DNA of 64,000 nt from Mustelus asterias. Lineage: Eukaryota. Positions 48,275 through 62,500 of the stretch are shown in pieces (within the stretch, counting starts at the first letter, position 1; each line of letters begins with the position of its first letter). The notes below the pieces were generated by a model that searched no databases, was not told where the DNA came from, and was given only the letters and a program-made list of their open reading frames with translations. The translations under genes were made by a program, and so were the position numbers. The DNA is taken from NCBI RefSeq assembly GCF_964213995.1, contig NW_027590217.1, positions 558,001 through 622,000 on the forward strand. Direction: 5' to 3'.

Positions 48275-49180
48275 ATTTGATTTGATTTATTATTGTCACA
48301 TGTATTAGTGTACAGTGAAAAGTATTTTTTCTTGCGTGCTATGCAGACAAAGCATACCGTTCATAGAGAAGGAGAGAGTGCAGAATGTAGTGTTACGGTC
48401 ATAGCTAGTGTGGAGAGAAAGATCAACTGAATGCAAGGTAGGTCCATTCAAAAGTCTGGTGACAGCAGGGAAGAAGCTGTTCTTGAGTCGGTAGGTACGT
48501 GTCCTCAAACTTTTGTATCTTTTTCCCAATGGAAGAAGGTGGAAGAGAGAATGTCTGGGGTGCGTGGGGTCCTTGATTATGCTGGCTGCTTTTTCCCGAG
48601 GCAGCGGGAAGTGTAGACAGAGTCAATGGATGGGAGGCTGGTTTGCGTGATGGACTGGGCTTCGTTTACGACCCTTTGTAGTTCCTTGCGGTCTTGGGCA
48701 GAGCAGGAGCCCCATACCAAGCTGTGATACACCCAGAAAGAATGCTTTCTATGGTGCATCTGTAAAAGTTGGTGAGAGTGAACATACCAAATTTCCTTAG
48801 TCTTCTTAGAAAGCAGAGGCGTTGGTGGGGCTTTCTTAACCATCGTGTCGGCATGGGAGGACCAGGACAGGTTGTTGGTGGACACCTAAAAATTTGAAGC
48901 TCTCGACCCTTTCTACTTCATCCCCGTTGATGTAGACAGGGGCATGTTCTCCTTTACGCTTCCTGAAGTCGATGACAATCTCCTTCGTTTTGCTGACATT
49001 GAGGGAGAGATTATTGTTGCCGCACCAGTTCACCAGATTCTCTATCTCATTCCTGTACTCTGTCTCGTCATTGTTTGAGATCCGACCCACTACAGTGATG
49101 TTGTCAGCAAGCTTGAAAATGGAGTTGGAGGTGAATTTGGGCACACAGTCCTGGGTGTATAAGGAGGAGAGTAAGGGCTC
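48275..49180 (-). mobile_element. Rex1/Babar-like fragment nested in gypsy pol
   Basis: SLYTQDC...IFKLADNITVVG...NLSLNVSKTKEIVIDFRK peptide. Confidence 0.82.
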
Positions 49181-50509
49181 ATTACATTGTAGCTCAGTGA
49201 GGTTAGCCAGGAGTTTTCCAACATGGTTTTCGATTCCCATGAATCCCGGGTGCTCAGTCATGTTGTGAGGAGCTGGAAACTCCTTGATTGTTCTTGTCTT
49301 CTGTGGATCAGATCCGACACCGCGTGTATCCACCGTCTGCCCAAGGAACCTGACTGCGGGCTGTGAGAATTCCCGTTTTCTGTTGAGTGTAAGTCCTGCT
49401 TCCTTTAGGCATTGGAGCACAGCTTGCATTCTCGTGCCACGTTCTGTCTGACTGGATGCATGGATCAGAATATCATCCATGTGACACGCTGCTCCTTCCA
49501 GTCCTTCTCTGATATTTCACATTGTTCTCCGAGTGTCCGAGGCTGCCAGGTTTTAGACAACAGTCCTGTAGAAACAGTTTCTTTATGTCGATCCGATCAA
49601 ATCATCCCATAATCCTGAGGACCTCGATCAGGTCACCTCTCAGTCTTCATTTTCTGAAGAAAAGAGCCTTAGCCTGTCCAATCATTCCTCATGGGTGTAA
49701 CCTCTCAGTTCTGGTGTCAATCTGGTTAACCTTCCAGAAACTTTCTCCAGTACCTCTATAATCTGTATTAGAATATGGAGATCAGAACTGTTCCCAGTGA
49801 CCCCGAGTGTCTGCTGGAACCCAGGTTCCATACTCTTCAATTCTATTCCTCGAGAAATTAATTCTTTAGGGAAGGAAATCTGCCGTTCTTTTTTTTATTT
49901 GTGGGACACGGGCATTGCTGGCTGGCATTTATTGTCCTTCCCTGGTTGCTCTTGAACTGAGTGGCTTGCTAAGGCCATTCCAGAGGGCAGTTAAGAATCA
50001 ACCACATTGCTGTGGTTCTGGAGTCACATATAGGCGAGACCAGGTAAGGGCAACTTAAAGTTTCAAGTTTATTTATTAGTCACAAGTAAGGCTTACATTA
50101 ACACTGCAATGAAGTTACTGTGAAAATCCCCTCGTCACCACACTCCGGCGCCTGTTCGGGTACAATGAGGGGTAATTTAGCATGGCCAATGCACCCTAAC
50201 CAGCATGTCTATTGAACTGTGGGAGAAAACCGGAGCACCCGGAGGAAACCCACGCAGACATGGGGAGAACGTGCCGACACCGCACAGACAGTGACCCAAG
50301 CCGGGAATCGAACCCAGGTCCCTGGCACTGTGAGGCAGCAGTGCCGCCCACTGTGCCACAACTTAACCCCTTGCAAGGTAAGTATTAATCCAGAAACTCA
50401 GTTAATATTCTGGGGACCCGGGTTCGAATCCCACCGCAGCAGATGGTGGAATTTGAATTCAATAAAGATACCTGAAATTAAGAATCTACTGATTTCCTTC
50501 CCGAAGGAG

Positions 50510-51088
50510 AACATAAGAACATAAGAAATAGGAGCAGGAGTAGGCCATCTAGCCCCTCGAGCCTGCCCCGCCATTCAATAAGATCATGGCTGATCTGAAG
50601 TGGATCAGTTCCACTTACCCGCCTGATCCCTATAACCCCTAATTCCCTTACCGATCAGGAATCCATCTATCCGTGATTTAAACATATTCAACGAGGTAGC
50701 CTCCACCACTTCAGTGGGCAGAGAATTCCAGAGATTCACCACCCTCTGAGAGAAGACGTTCCTCCTCAACTCTATCCCAAACTGACCCCCCTTTATTTTG
50801 AGGCTGTGCCCTCCAGTTCTAGCTTCCTTTCCAAGTGGAAAGAATCTCTCCACGTCTACCCTATCCAGCCCCTTCATTATCTTCTAGGTCTCTAACAGAT
50901 CCCCCCTCAGCCTTCTAAATTCCAACGAGTACAAACCCAATCTGCTCAGTCTCTCCTCATAATCAACACCCCTCATCTCTGGTATCAACCTGGTGAACCT
51001 TCTCTGCACTCCCTCCAAGGCCAATATATCCTTCCGCAAATAAGGGGACCAATACTGCACACAGTATTCCAGCTGCGGCCTCACCAAT
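50510..51088 (-). mobile_element. CR1 3' fragment
   Basis: VRPQLEYCVQYWSP peptide, close to the 38-40 kb element. Confidence 0.88.
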
Positions 51089-51103
51089 TCCCGAAAGTGG
51101 AGA

Positions 51104-52932
51104 AGGAGCTTTACTCTGTATCTAACCCCGTGCTGTACCTGTCCTGGGAGTGTTTGATGGGGGACAGTTTAGAGGGAGCTTTACTCTGTATCTAACCCCG
51201 TGCTGTACCTGTCCTGGGAGTGTTTGATGGGGGACAGTGTAGAGGGAGCTTTACTCTTTATCTAACCCCGTGCTGTACCTGTCCTGGGAGTGTTTGATGG
51301 GGGACAGTGTAGAGGGAGCTTTACTCTGTATCTAACCCCGTGCTGTACCAGTCCTGAGAGTGTTTGATGGGGAACAGTGTAGAGGGAGCTTTACTCTGTA
51401 TCTAACTCCGTGCTGTACCTGTCCTGGGAGTGTATGATGAGGGACAGTGTCAAGGGAGCTTTACTCTGTATCTAATCCCATGCTGTACCTGTCCTGGGAG
51501 TGTTTGATAGGGGACAGTGTAGAGGGAGTTTTACTCTGTATCTAACCCCATGCTGTACCTGTCCTGGGAGTGTTTGATGGGGGACAGTGTAGAGGGAGCT
51601 TTACTCTGTATCTAAGCACGTGCTGTATCTGTCCTGGGAGTGCTTGATGGGGACAGTTTAGAGGGAGCTATAATCTGCATCTAACCCCATGCTGTACCTC
51701 TCCTGGGGGTGTTTGATGGGGACAGTGTAGAGGGAGCTTTACTCTGTATCTAACCCCGTGCTGTACCTGTTCTCAGAGTGTTTGATGGGGGACAGTGTAG
51801 AGGGAGCTTTACTCTGTATCTAACCCCCTGCTGTACCTGTTCTCAGAGTGTTTGATGGGGGACAGTGTAGAGGGAACTTTACTCTGTATCTAACCCCGTG
51901 CTGTACCTGTCCTGGGAGTGTTTGATGGGGACAGTGAAGAGGGAGCTTTACTCTGTATCTAACCCCGTGCTGTACCTGTCCTGGGAGTGTTTGATGGGGA
52001 CAGTGGAGAGGGAGCTTTACTCTGTATCTAACCCCGTGCTGTACCTGTCCTGGGAGTGTTTGATGGGGGACAGTGTAGAGGGAGGTTTATTCTGAATCTT
52101 ACCCCGTGCTGTACCTGTTCTGGGAGTGTTTGATGGGAGACAGAGTAGATGGAGCATTACACTGTATCGAAGCCCGTGCTGTACCTGTCCTGGGAGTGTT
52201 TGATGGGGGACAGTGTAGAGGGAGCTTTACTCTGTATGCTCTCTCCACTCACTTTGTCTGTATCATTAAGACTTGATGAGCTGTAAAGATTCTCATTCGA
52301 ATCAGTATTCTGTAACTTGAGGTTGTGTCTCTGTGCCTTGTTTGTGAGCAGATTTCCACTCCATCTGACGAAGGAGCAGCTCTCCAAAAGTGAATGGCAT
52401 TTGCGACCAAATAAACCTGTTGGACTTTAACCTGGTGTTGTTAAAACTCTAACTGTGTTTACCCCAGTCCAACGCCGGCATCTCCACATCGTGTTTGATG
52501 GGGACAGTGTAGAGGGAGCTTTACTCTGTATCTAACCCCATGCTGTACCTGTCCTGGGAGTGTTTGATGGGGACAGTGTAGAGGGAGCTTTACTCTGTAT
52601 CTAACCCCGTGCTGTACCTGTCCTGGGAGTGTTTGATGGGGACAGTGTGGAGGGAGCTTTACTCTGTATCTAACCCCGTGCTGTACCTGTCCTGGGAGTG
52701 TTTGATGGGGACAGTGTGGAGGGAGCTTCACTCTGTATCTAACCCCGTGCTGTACCTGTCCTGGGAGTGTTTGATGGGGGACAGTGTAGAGGGAGCTTTA
52801 CTCTGTATCTAACCCCGTGCTGTACCTGTCCTGGGAGTGTTTGATGGGGACAGTGTGGAGGGAGCTTTACTCTGTATCTAACCCCGTGCTGTACCTGTCC
52901 TGGGAGTGTTTGATGGGGACAGCGTGGAGGGA
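51104..52932. repeat. 59-60 bp satellite (GGGAGCTTTACTCTGTATCTAACCCCGTGCTGTACCTGTCCTGGGAGTGTTTGATGGGG(G)ACAGTGTAGA-type)
   Basis: Roughly 26 tandem units, interrupted at 52238-52490. Confidence 0.97.
52238..52490 (+). mobile_element. Penelope-like terminal-repeat fragment inside the satellite
   Basis: Same core, with a degenerate hammerhead-like motif at 52365. Confidence 0.6.
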
Positions 52933-53510
52933 TTGCAGAAAACTTGAACTGTTTGCCTGAAGTGAAATGGAAATTTGGGAGATTGCGATATTTGAATTAA
53001 GTTTGAATTATTGCTTCTTAAATCTCTAAAGGAGCCGTTCTCATTTACTCGAAGCACAGCGACTACTTGTCTGTAACACTTGACAGATGTCCGAAACTCA
53101 GCGATATCATCAAGACAAGTTCCTTCTCCTTCCACATCCCCTCAGAGAGCAGAGTCAGATTTAATCTGAGCAGGGGGACGTCCCAGAGGGACTTTGTTAC
53201 TAAAAAGAATAAGCACCCTGCTTCAAATATGGAAATACCATTCTGATATTGTACTTTGCACCAATAAACAGGTTTATATTTACCCAAAGGTGACAGACTG
53301 GCAGAACTGAAACTCATGGTCAAAAGATGGACAACATCAAGACTTTACCTTCACCTCTGAACTACCTCAAGATGCCACGGATATTCAGATTCTTCCACTG
53401 AACATGTTCTGAGGAAGGTATGGATAAGAAGTTGGGTTATTGAGTGGGGAATTTTATGATCTCAAATTAAAGTTGTCCGGACAACTTTTCAGAAGCAGAG
53501 TGTGGGAAAT

Positions 53511-56500
53511 CTACAGGAACACAGTGACAGGATGGGACTGTACAGAGAGTGAGGGAACTGGACACAAACACAGTGACAGTGTGGGACTATACACAGAGTG
53601 AGGGAACAGTACACAAACACAGTGACAGTGTGGGACTGTACACAGAGTGAGGGAACAGTACACAAACACAGTTACAGTGTGGGACTGTACACAGAGTGAG
53701 GGAACTGTCCAGAAACACAGTGACAGTGTGGGACTGTACACAGAGTGAGGGAACTGTACACAAACACAGTAGCAGTGTGGGACTGTACACAGAGTGAGGG
53801 AACTGTCCAGAAACACAGTGACAGTGAGGGACTGGACACAGAGTGAGGGAACTGTACACAAACACAGTGGCAGTGTGGGACTGTACACAGAGTGAGGGTA
53901 CTGTACAGAAACACAGTGACAGTGTGGGACTGTACACAGAGTGAGGAAACAGTACACAAACACAGTGACAGTGTGGGACTGTACACAGAGTGAGGGAACT
54001 GTACACAAACACAGTGACAGTGTGGGACTGTACACAGAGTGAGGGAACTGTACACAAACACAGTTACAGTGTGGGACTGTACACAGAGTGAGGGAACTGT
54101 ACACAAACACAGTGACAGTGTGTACACAGAGTGAGGGAACTGTACACAAACACAGTTATAGTGTGGGACTGTACACAGAGTGAGGAAACTGTACACAAAC
54201 ACAGTGACAGTGTGGGACTGTACACAGAGTGAGGGAACTGTACAGAAACACAGTGACAGTGTGGGACTGTACACAGAGTGAGGGAACTGTACAGAAACAC
54301 AGTTACAGTGTGGGACTGTACACAGAGTGAGGGAACTGTACAGAAACACAGTTACAGTGTGGGACTATACACAGAGTGAGGGAGCTGTACACAAACACAG
54401 TGACAGTGTGGGAATGTACACAGAGCGAAGGAACAGTACACAAACACAGTTACAGTGTGGGACTGTACACAGAGTGAGGGAACTGTCCACAAACACAGTT
54501 ACAGTGTGGGAATGTACACAGAGCGAAGGAACAGTACACAAACACAGTTACAGTGTGGGACTGTACACAGAGTGAGGGAATTGTAGACAAACACAGTGAC
54601 AGTGTGGGGCAGTACACAGAGTGAGGGAACTGTACACAAACACAGTTACAGTGTGGGACTGTACACAGAGTGAGGGAACTGTACACAAACACAGTGACTG
54701 CGTGGGACTGTACACAGAGTGAGGGAACTGTGCACAAACACAGTGACAATGTGGGGCTGTACACAGAGTGAGGGAACTGTACACAAACACAGTGACAGTG
54801 TGGGACTGCACACAGAGTGAGGGAACTGTACACAAACACAGTGACAGTGTGGGGCTGTACACAGAGTGAGGGAACTGTACACAAACACAGTTACAGTGTG
54901 GGACTGTACACAGAGTGAGGGAACTGTACAGATACAAAGTTACAGTGTGGGACTGTCCACAGAGTGATGGAACTGTACAGAAACACAGTTACAGTGTGGG
55001 ACTGTACACAGAGTGAGGGAGCTGTACACAAACACAGTGACAGTGTGGGACTGTACACAGAGTGAGGGAACTGTACACAAACACAGTTACAGTGTGGGAC
55101 TGTACACAGAGTGAGGGAACTGTACACAAACACAGTGACAGTGTGTACACAGAGTGAGGGAACTGTACACAAACACAGTTATAGTGTGGGACTGTACACA
55201 GAGTGAGGGAACTGTACACAAACACAGTGACAGTGTGGGACTGTACACAGAGTGAGGGAACTGTACAGAAACACAGTGACAGTGTGGGACTGTACACAGA
55301 GTGAGGGAACTGTACAGAAACACAGTTACAGTGTGGGACTGTACACAGAGTGAGGGAACTGTACAGAAACACAGTGACAGTGTGGGACTATACACAGAGT
55401 GAGGGAGCTGTACACAAACACAGTGACAGTGTGGGAATGTACACAGAGCGAAGGAACAGTACACAAACACAGTTACAGTGTGGGACTGTACACAGAGTGA
55501 GGGAACTGTCCACAAACACAGTTACAGTGTGGGAATGTACACAGAGCGAAGGAACAGTACACAAACACAGTTACAGTGTGGGACTGTACACAGAGTGAGG
55601 GAATTGTAGACAAACACAGTGACAGTGTGGGGCAGTACACAGAGTGAGGGAACTGTACACAAACACAGTTACAGTGTGGGACTGTACACAGAGTGAGGGA
55701 ACTGTACACAAACACAGTGACAGTGTGGGACTGTACACAGAGTGAGGGAACTGTGCACAAACACAGTGACAATGTGGGGCTGTACACAGAGTGAGGGAAC
55801 TGTACACAAACACAGTGACAGTGTGGGACTGCACACAGAGTGAGGGAACTGTACACAAACACAGTGACAGTGTGGGGCTGTACACAGAGTGAGGGAACTG
55901 TACACAAACACAGTTACAGTGTGGGACTGTACACAGAGTGAGGGAACTGTACAGATACAAAGTTACAGTGTGGGACTGTCCACAGAGTGATGGAACTGTA
56001 CAGAAACACAGTTACAGTGTGGGACTGTACACAAAATGAGGGAACAGTACACAAACACAGTTACAGTGTGGGATTGTACACAGATTGAGGGAACTGTACA
56101 CAAATACACAAACACAGTGACAGTGAGGGACTGTACACAGAGTGAGGGATGTGTACACAAACACAGTTACAGTGTGGGACTGTACACAGAGTGAGGGAAC
56201 TGTACACAAACACAGTGACAGTGTGGGACTGTACACAGAGTGAGGGAACTGTACACAAACACAGTGACAGTGTGGGACTCTACACAGAGTGAGGGATGTG
56301 TACACAAACACAGTTACAGTGTGGGACTGTACACAGAGTGAGGGAACTGTACACAAACACAGTGACAGTGTGGGACTGTACACAGAGTGAGGGAACTGTA
56401 CACAAACACAGTTACAGTGTGGGACTGTACACAGAGTGAGGGAACTGTACACAAACACAGTGACAGTGTGGGACTGTACACAGAGTGAGGGAACTGTACA

Positions 56501-59500
56501 CAAACACTGTTACAGTGTGGGACTGTACACAGAGTGAGGGAACTGTACACAAACACAGTGACAGTGTGGGACTGTACACAGAGTGAGGGAACTGTACAGA
56601 AACAGTGACAGTGTGGGACTGTACACAGAGTGAGGGAACTGTACACAAACACAGTGACAGTGTGGGACTGTACACAGAGTGAGGGAACTGTACAGAAACA
56701 CAGTGACAGTGTGGGACTGTACACAGAGTGAGGGAGCTGTACACAAACACAGTGACAGTGTGGGGCTGTTCACAGAGTGAGGGAACTGTACACAAACACA
56801 GTTACAGTGTGGTAATGTACACAGAGCGAAGGAACTGTACACAAACACAGTTACAGTGTGGGACTGTACACAGAGTGAGGGAACTGTACACAAACACAGT
56901 AACAGTGTGGGGCAGTACACAGAGTGAGGGAACTGTACACAAACACAGTTACAGTGTGGGACTCTACACAGAGTGAGGGAACTGTACAGATACAAAGTTA
57001 CAGTGTGGGGCTGTACACAGAGTGAGGGAACAGTATACAAACACAGTTACAGTGTGGGACTGTACACAGAGTGAGGGAACTGTACAGATCCAAAGTTACA
57101 GTGTGGGACTGTACACAGAGTGAGGGAACTGTACAGAAACACAGTTACAGTGTGGGACTGTACACAAAATGAGGGAACAGTACACAAACACAGTTACAGT
57201 GTGGGACTGTACACAGAGTGAGGGAACTGTACACAAACACAGTGACAGTGTGGGGCAGTACACAGAGTGAGGGAACTGTACACAAACACAGTGACAGTGA
57301 GGGACTGTACACAGAGTGAGGGAACCGTACACAAACACAGTGACAGTGTGGGACTGTACACAAAGTGAGGGAACAGTACACAAACACAGTTACAGTGTGG
57401 GATTGTACACAGAGTGAGGGAGCTGTCCACAAACACAGTGACAGTGTGGGACTGTACACAGAGTGAGGGAACTGTACACAAACACAGTGACAGTTTGGGA
57501 CTGTACACAGAGTGAGGGAGCTGTACAGAAACACAGTGACAGTGTAGGACTGGACACAGAGTGAGGGAACTGTACACAAACACAGTTACAGTGTGGGAGT
57601 GTACACAGAGTGAGGGAGCTGCACAGAAACACAGTTACAGTGTAGGATTGTCAATAGAGTGAGGGAACTGTACACAAACACAGTGACAGTGAGGGACTGT
57701 ATACAGAGTGAGGGAGCTGTACAGAAACACAGTGATAGTGTGGGACTGTACACAGAGTGAGGGAACTGTACACAAACACTGTTACAGTGTGGGACTGTAT
57801 ACAGAGTGAGGGAGCTGTACAGAAACACAGTGACAGTGTCGGACTGTACACAGAGTGTGAGAACTGTATGGAAACACAGTGACAGTGTAGGACTGCACAC
57901 AGAGTGAGAGAACTATACACAAACACAGTTACAGTGTGGGACTGTACACAGAGTGAGAGAACTATACACAAACACAGTTACAGTGTGGGACTGTACACAG
58001 AGTGAGGGAACAGTACACAAACACAATGACAGTGTGGGACTGTACACAGAGTGAGGGAACTGTACACAAACACAGTGACAGTGAGGGACTGTACACAGAG
58101 TGAGGGAACTGCACACAAACACAGTGACAGTGTGGGACTGTACACAGAGTGAGGGAACTGTACAGAAACACAGTGACAGTGTGGGGCAGTACACAGAGTG
58201 AGGGAACTGTACACAAACACAGTGACAGTGTGGGACTGTACACAGAGTGAGGGAACTGTACACAAACACAGTTACAGTGTTGGACTGTACACAGAGTGAG
58301 GGAACTGTGCACAAACACAGTGACAGTGTGGGACTGTACACAGAGTGAGGGAACTGTACACAAACACAGTTACAGTGTGGGACTGTACACAGAGTGAGGG
58401 AACTGTACACAAACACAGTTACAGTGTGGGACTGTACACAGAGTGAGGGAACTGTACACAGACACAGTGACAGTGTGGGGCTGTACACAGAGTGAGGGAA
58501 GTGGACACAAACACAGTTACAGTGTAGGACTGTACACAGAGTGAGGGAACTGTACACAAACACAGTGACAGTGTGGGACTGTACACAGAGTGAGGGAACT
58601 GTACACAAACACAGTGACACTGTGGGACTGGACACAGGGTGAGGGAACTGTACACAAACACAGTGACAGTGTAGGACTGTACACAGAGTGAAGGAACTGT
58701 ACACAAACACAGTTACAGTGTGGGACTGTACACAGAGTGAGGGAACTGTACACAAACACAGTGACAGTGTGGGACTGGACACAGGGTGAGGGAACTGTAC
58801 ACAAACACAGTGACAGTGGGACTGTACACAGAGAGGGAACTGTACACAAACACTTTGACAGTGTCGGACTGTACACAGAGTGGGGGAACTGTACACAAAC
58901 ACAGTGACAGTGTCGGACTGTACACAGAGTGAGGGAACTGTACAGAAACACAGTTACAGTGTGGGACTGTACACAGAGTGAGGGAACTGTACACAAAGAC
59001 AGTGACAGTGTGGGACTGTACACAAACACAGTGACAGTGTGGGACTGTACACAGAGTGAGGGAACCGTACACAAACACAGTTACAGTGTGGGACTGTACA
59101 CAGAGTGAGGGAACTGTACACAAACACAGTTACAGTGCGGGACAGTACACACAGTGAGGGAACTGTACACAAACACAGTTACAGTGTGGGAGTGTACACA
59201 GAGTGAGGGAACTGTCCAGAAACACAGTGAGAGTGTGGGGCTGTACACAGAGTAAGGGAACTGTACACAAACACAGTGACAGTGTGGGACTGTACACAGA
59301 GTGAGGGTACTGTACAGAAACACAGTTACAGTGTGGGACTGTACACAGAGTGAGGAAACAGTACACAAACACAGTTACAGTGTGGGACTGTACACAGAGT
59401 GAGGGAACTGTACACAAACACAGTGACACTGTGGGACTGTACACAGAGTGAGGGAACTGTACACAAACACAGTTACAGTGTGGGACTGTTCACAGAGTGA

Positions 59501-62500
59501 GGGAACTGTACACAAACACAGTGACAGTGTGTACACAGAGTGAGGGAACTGTACACAAATACAGTGACAGTGTGGGACTGTACACAGAGTGAGGGAACTG
59601 TACACAAACACAGTGACAGTGTGGGACTGTACACAGAGTGTGGGAACTGTACAGAAACACAGTGACAGTGTGGGACTGTACACAGAGTGAGGGAACTGTA
59701 CAGAAACACAGTGACAGTGTGGGACTGTACACAGAGTGAGGGAACTGTACACAAACACAGTGACAGTGTGGGAATGTACACAGAGCGAAGGAACAGTACA
59801 CAAACACAGTTACAGTGTGGGACTGTACACAGAGTGAGGGAACTGTCCACAAACACAGTTCCAGTGTGGGAATGTACACAGAGCGAAGGAACAGTACACA
59901 AACACAGTTACAGTGTGGGACTGTACACAGAGTGAGGGAACTGTACACAAACACAGTGGCAGTGTGGGACTGTACACAGAGTGAGGGTACTGTACAGAAA
60001 CACAGTGAAAGTGTGGGACTGTACACAGAGTGAGGAAACAGTACACAAACACAGTGACAGTGTGGGACTGTACACAGAGTGAGGGAACTGTACACAAACA
60101 CAGTGACAGTGTGGGACTGTACACAGAGTGAGGGAACTGTACACAAACACAGTTACAGTGTGGGACTGTACACAGAGTGAGGGAACTGTACACAAACACA
60201 GTTACAGTGTGTACACAGAGTGAGGGAACTGTACACAAACACAGTTATAGTGTGGGACTGTACACAGAGTGAGGGAACTGTACACAAACACAGTGACAGT
60301 GTGGGACTGTACACAGAGTGAGGGAACTGTACAGAAACACAGTTACAGTGTGGGACTGTACACAGAGTGAGGGAACTGTACAGAAACACAGTGACAGTGT
60401 GTGACTATACACAGAGTGAGGGAGCTGTACACAAACACAGTTACAGTGTGGGACTGTACACAGAGTGAGGGAACTGTCCACAAACACAGTTACAGTGTGG
60501 GAATGTACACAGAGCGAAGGAACAGTACACAAACACAGTTACAGTGTGGGACTGTACACAGAGTGAGGGAATTGTAGACAAACACAGTGACAGTGTGGGG
60601 CAGTACACAGAGTGAGGGAACTGTACACAAACACAGTTACAGTGTGGGACTGTACACAGAGTGAGGGAACTGTACAGAAACACAGTGACAGTGTGGGACT
60701 ATACACAGAGTGAGGGAGCTGTACACAAACACAGTGACAGTGTGGGAATGTACACAGAGCGAAGGAACAGTACACAAACACAGTTACAGTGTGGGACTGT
60801 ACACAGAGTGAGGGAACTGTCCACAAACACAGTTACAGTGTGGGAATGTACACAGAGCGAAGGAACAGTACACAAACACAGTTACAGTGTGGGACTGTAC
60901 ACAGAGTGAGGGAATTGTAGACAAACACAGTGACAGTGTGGGGCAGTACACAGAGTGAGGGAACTGTACACAAACACAGTTACAGTGTGGGACTGTACAC
61001 AGAGTGAGGGAACTGTACACAAACACAGTGACAGTGTGGGACTGCACACAGAGTGAGGGAACTGTACACAAACAGAGTGACAGTGTGGGGCTGTACACAG
61101 AGTGAGGGAACTGTACACAAACACAGTTACAGTGTGGGACTGTACACAGAGTGAGGGAACTGTTCAGATACAAAGTTACAGTGTGGGACTGTCCACAGAG
61201 TGATGGAACTGTACAGAAACACAGTTACAGTGTGGGACTGTACACAAAATGAGGGAACAGTACACAAACACAGTTACAGTGTGGGATTGTACACAGAGTG
61301 AGGGAACTGTACGCAAATACACAAACACAGTGACAGTGAGGGACTGTACACAGAGTGAGGGATGTGTACACAAACACAGTTACAGTGTGGGACTGTACAC
61401 AGAGTGAGGGAACTGTACACAAACACAGTGACAGTGTGGGACTGTACACAGAGTGAGGGAACTGTACACAAACACAGTGACAGTGTGGGACTCTACACAG
61501 AGTGAGGGATGTGAACACAAACACAGTTACAGTGTGGGACTGTACACAGAGTGAGGGAACTGTACACAAACACAGTGACAGTGTGGGACTGTACACAGAG
61601 TGAGGGAACTGTACACAAACACAGTTACAGTGTGGGACTGTACACAGAGTGAGGGAACTGTACACAAACACAGTGACAGTGTGGGACTGTACACAGAGTG
61701 AGGGAACTGTACACAAACACTGTTACAGTGTGGGACTGTACACAGAGTGAGGGAACTGTACACAAACACAGTGACAGTGTGGGACTGTACACAGAGTGAG
61801 GGAACTGTACAGAAACAGTGACAGTGTGGCACTGTACATAGAGTGAGGGAACTGTACACAAACGCAGTGACAGTGTGGGACTGTACACAGAGTGAGGGAA
61901 CTGTACAGAAACACAGTGACAGTGTGGGACTGTACACAGAGTGAGGGAGCTGTACACAAACACAGTGACAGTGTGGGGCTGTTCACAGAGTGAGGGAACT
62001 GTACACAAACACAGTTACAGTGTGGGAATGTACACAGAGCGAAGGAACTGTACACAAACACAGTTACAGTGTGGGACTGTACACAGAGTGAGGGAACTGT
62101 ACACAAACACAGTGACAGTGTGGGGCAGTACACAGAGTGAGGGAACTGTACACAAACACAGTTACAGTGTGGGACTCTACACAGAGTGAGGGAACTGTAC
62201 AGATACAAAGTTACAGTGTGGGACTGTACACAGAGTGAGGGAACTGTGCACAAACAAAGTGACAGTGTGGGGCTGTACACAGAGTGAGGGAACTGTACAC
62301 AAACACAGTGACAGTGTGGGACTGTACACAGAGTGTGGGAACTGTACACAAACACAGTGACAGTGTGGGACTGTACACAGAGTGAGGGAACTGTACAGAA
62401 ACACAGTTACAGTGTGGGACTGTACACAGAGTGAGGGAACTGTACAGAAACACAGTGACAGTGTGGAGCTGTACACAGAGTGAGGGAACAGTACACAAAC

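Larger units (their letters stand above)
46020..49560 (-). mobile_element. Decayed Ty3/gypsy-type LTR retrotransposon pol, split by nested SINE/LINE insertions
   Basis: RT MDDILIH...GLTLN...FLG (~49180-49480), RNase H IEKEALAV (~47610-47700), integrase LFEHRGKMFLMVVDYWIEV (~46940-47060), LKEIFATHEIPD and NKGPSF, in colinear order. Confidence 0.8.
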
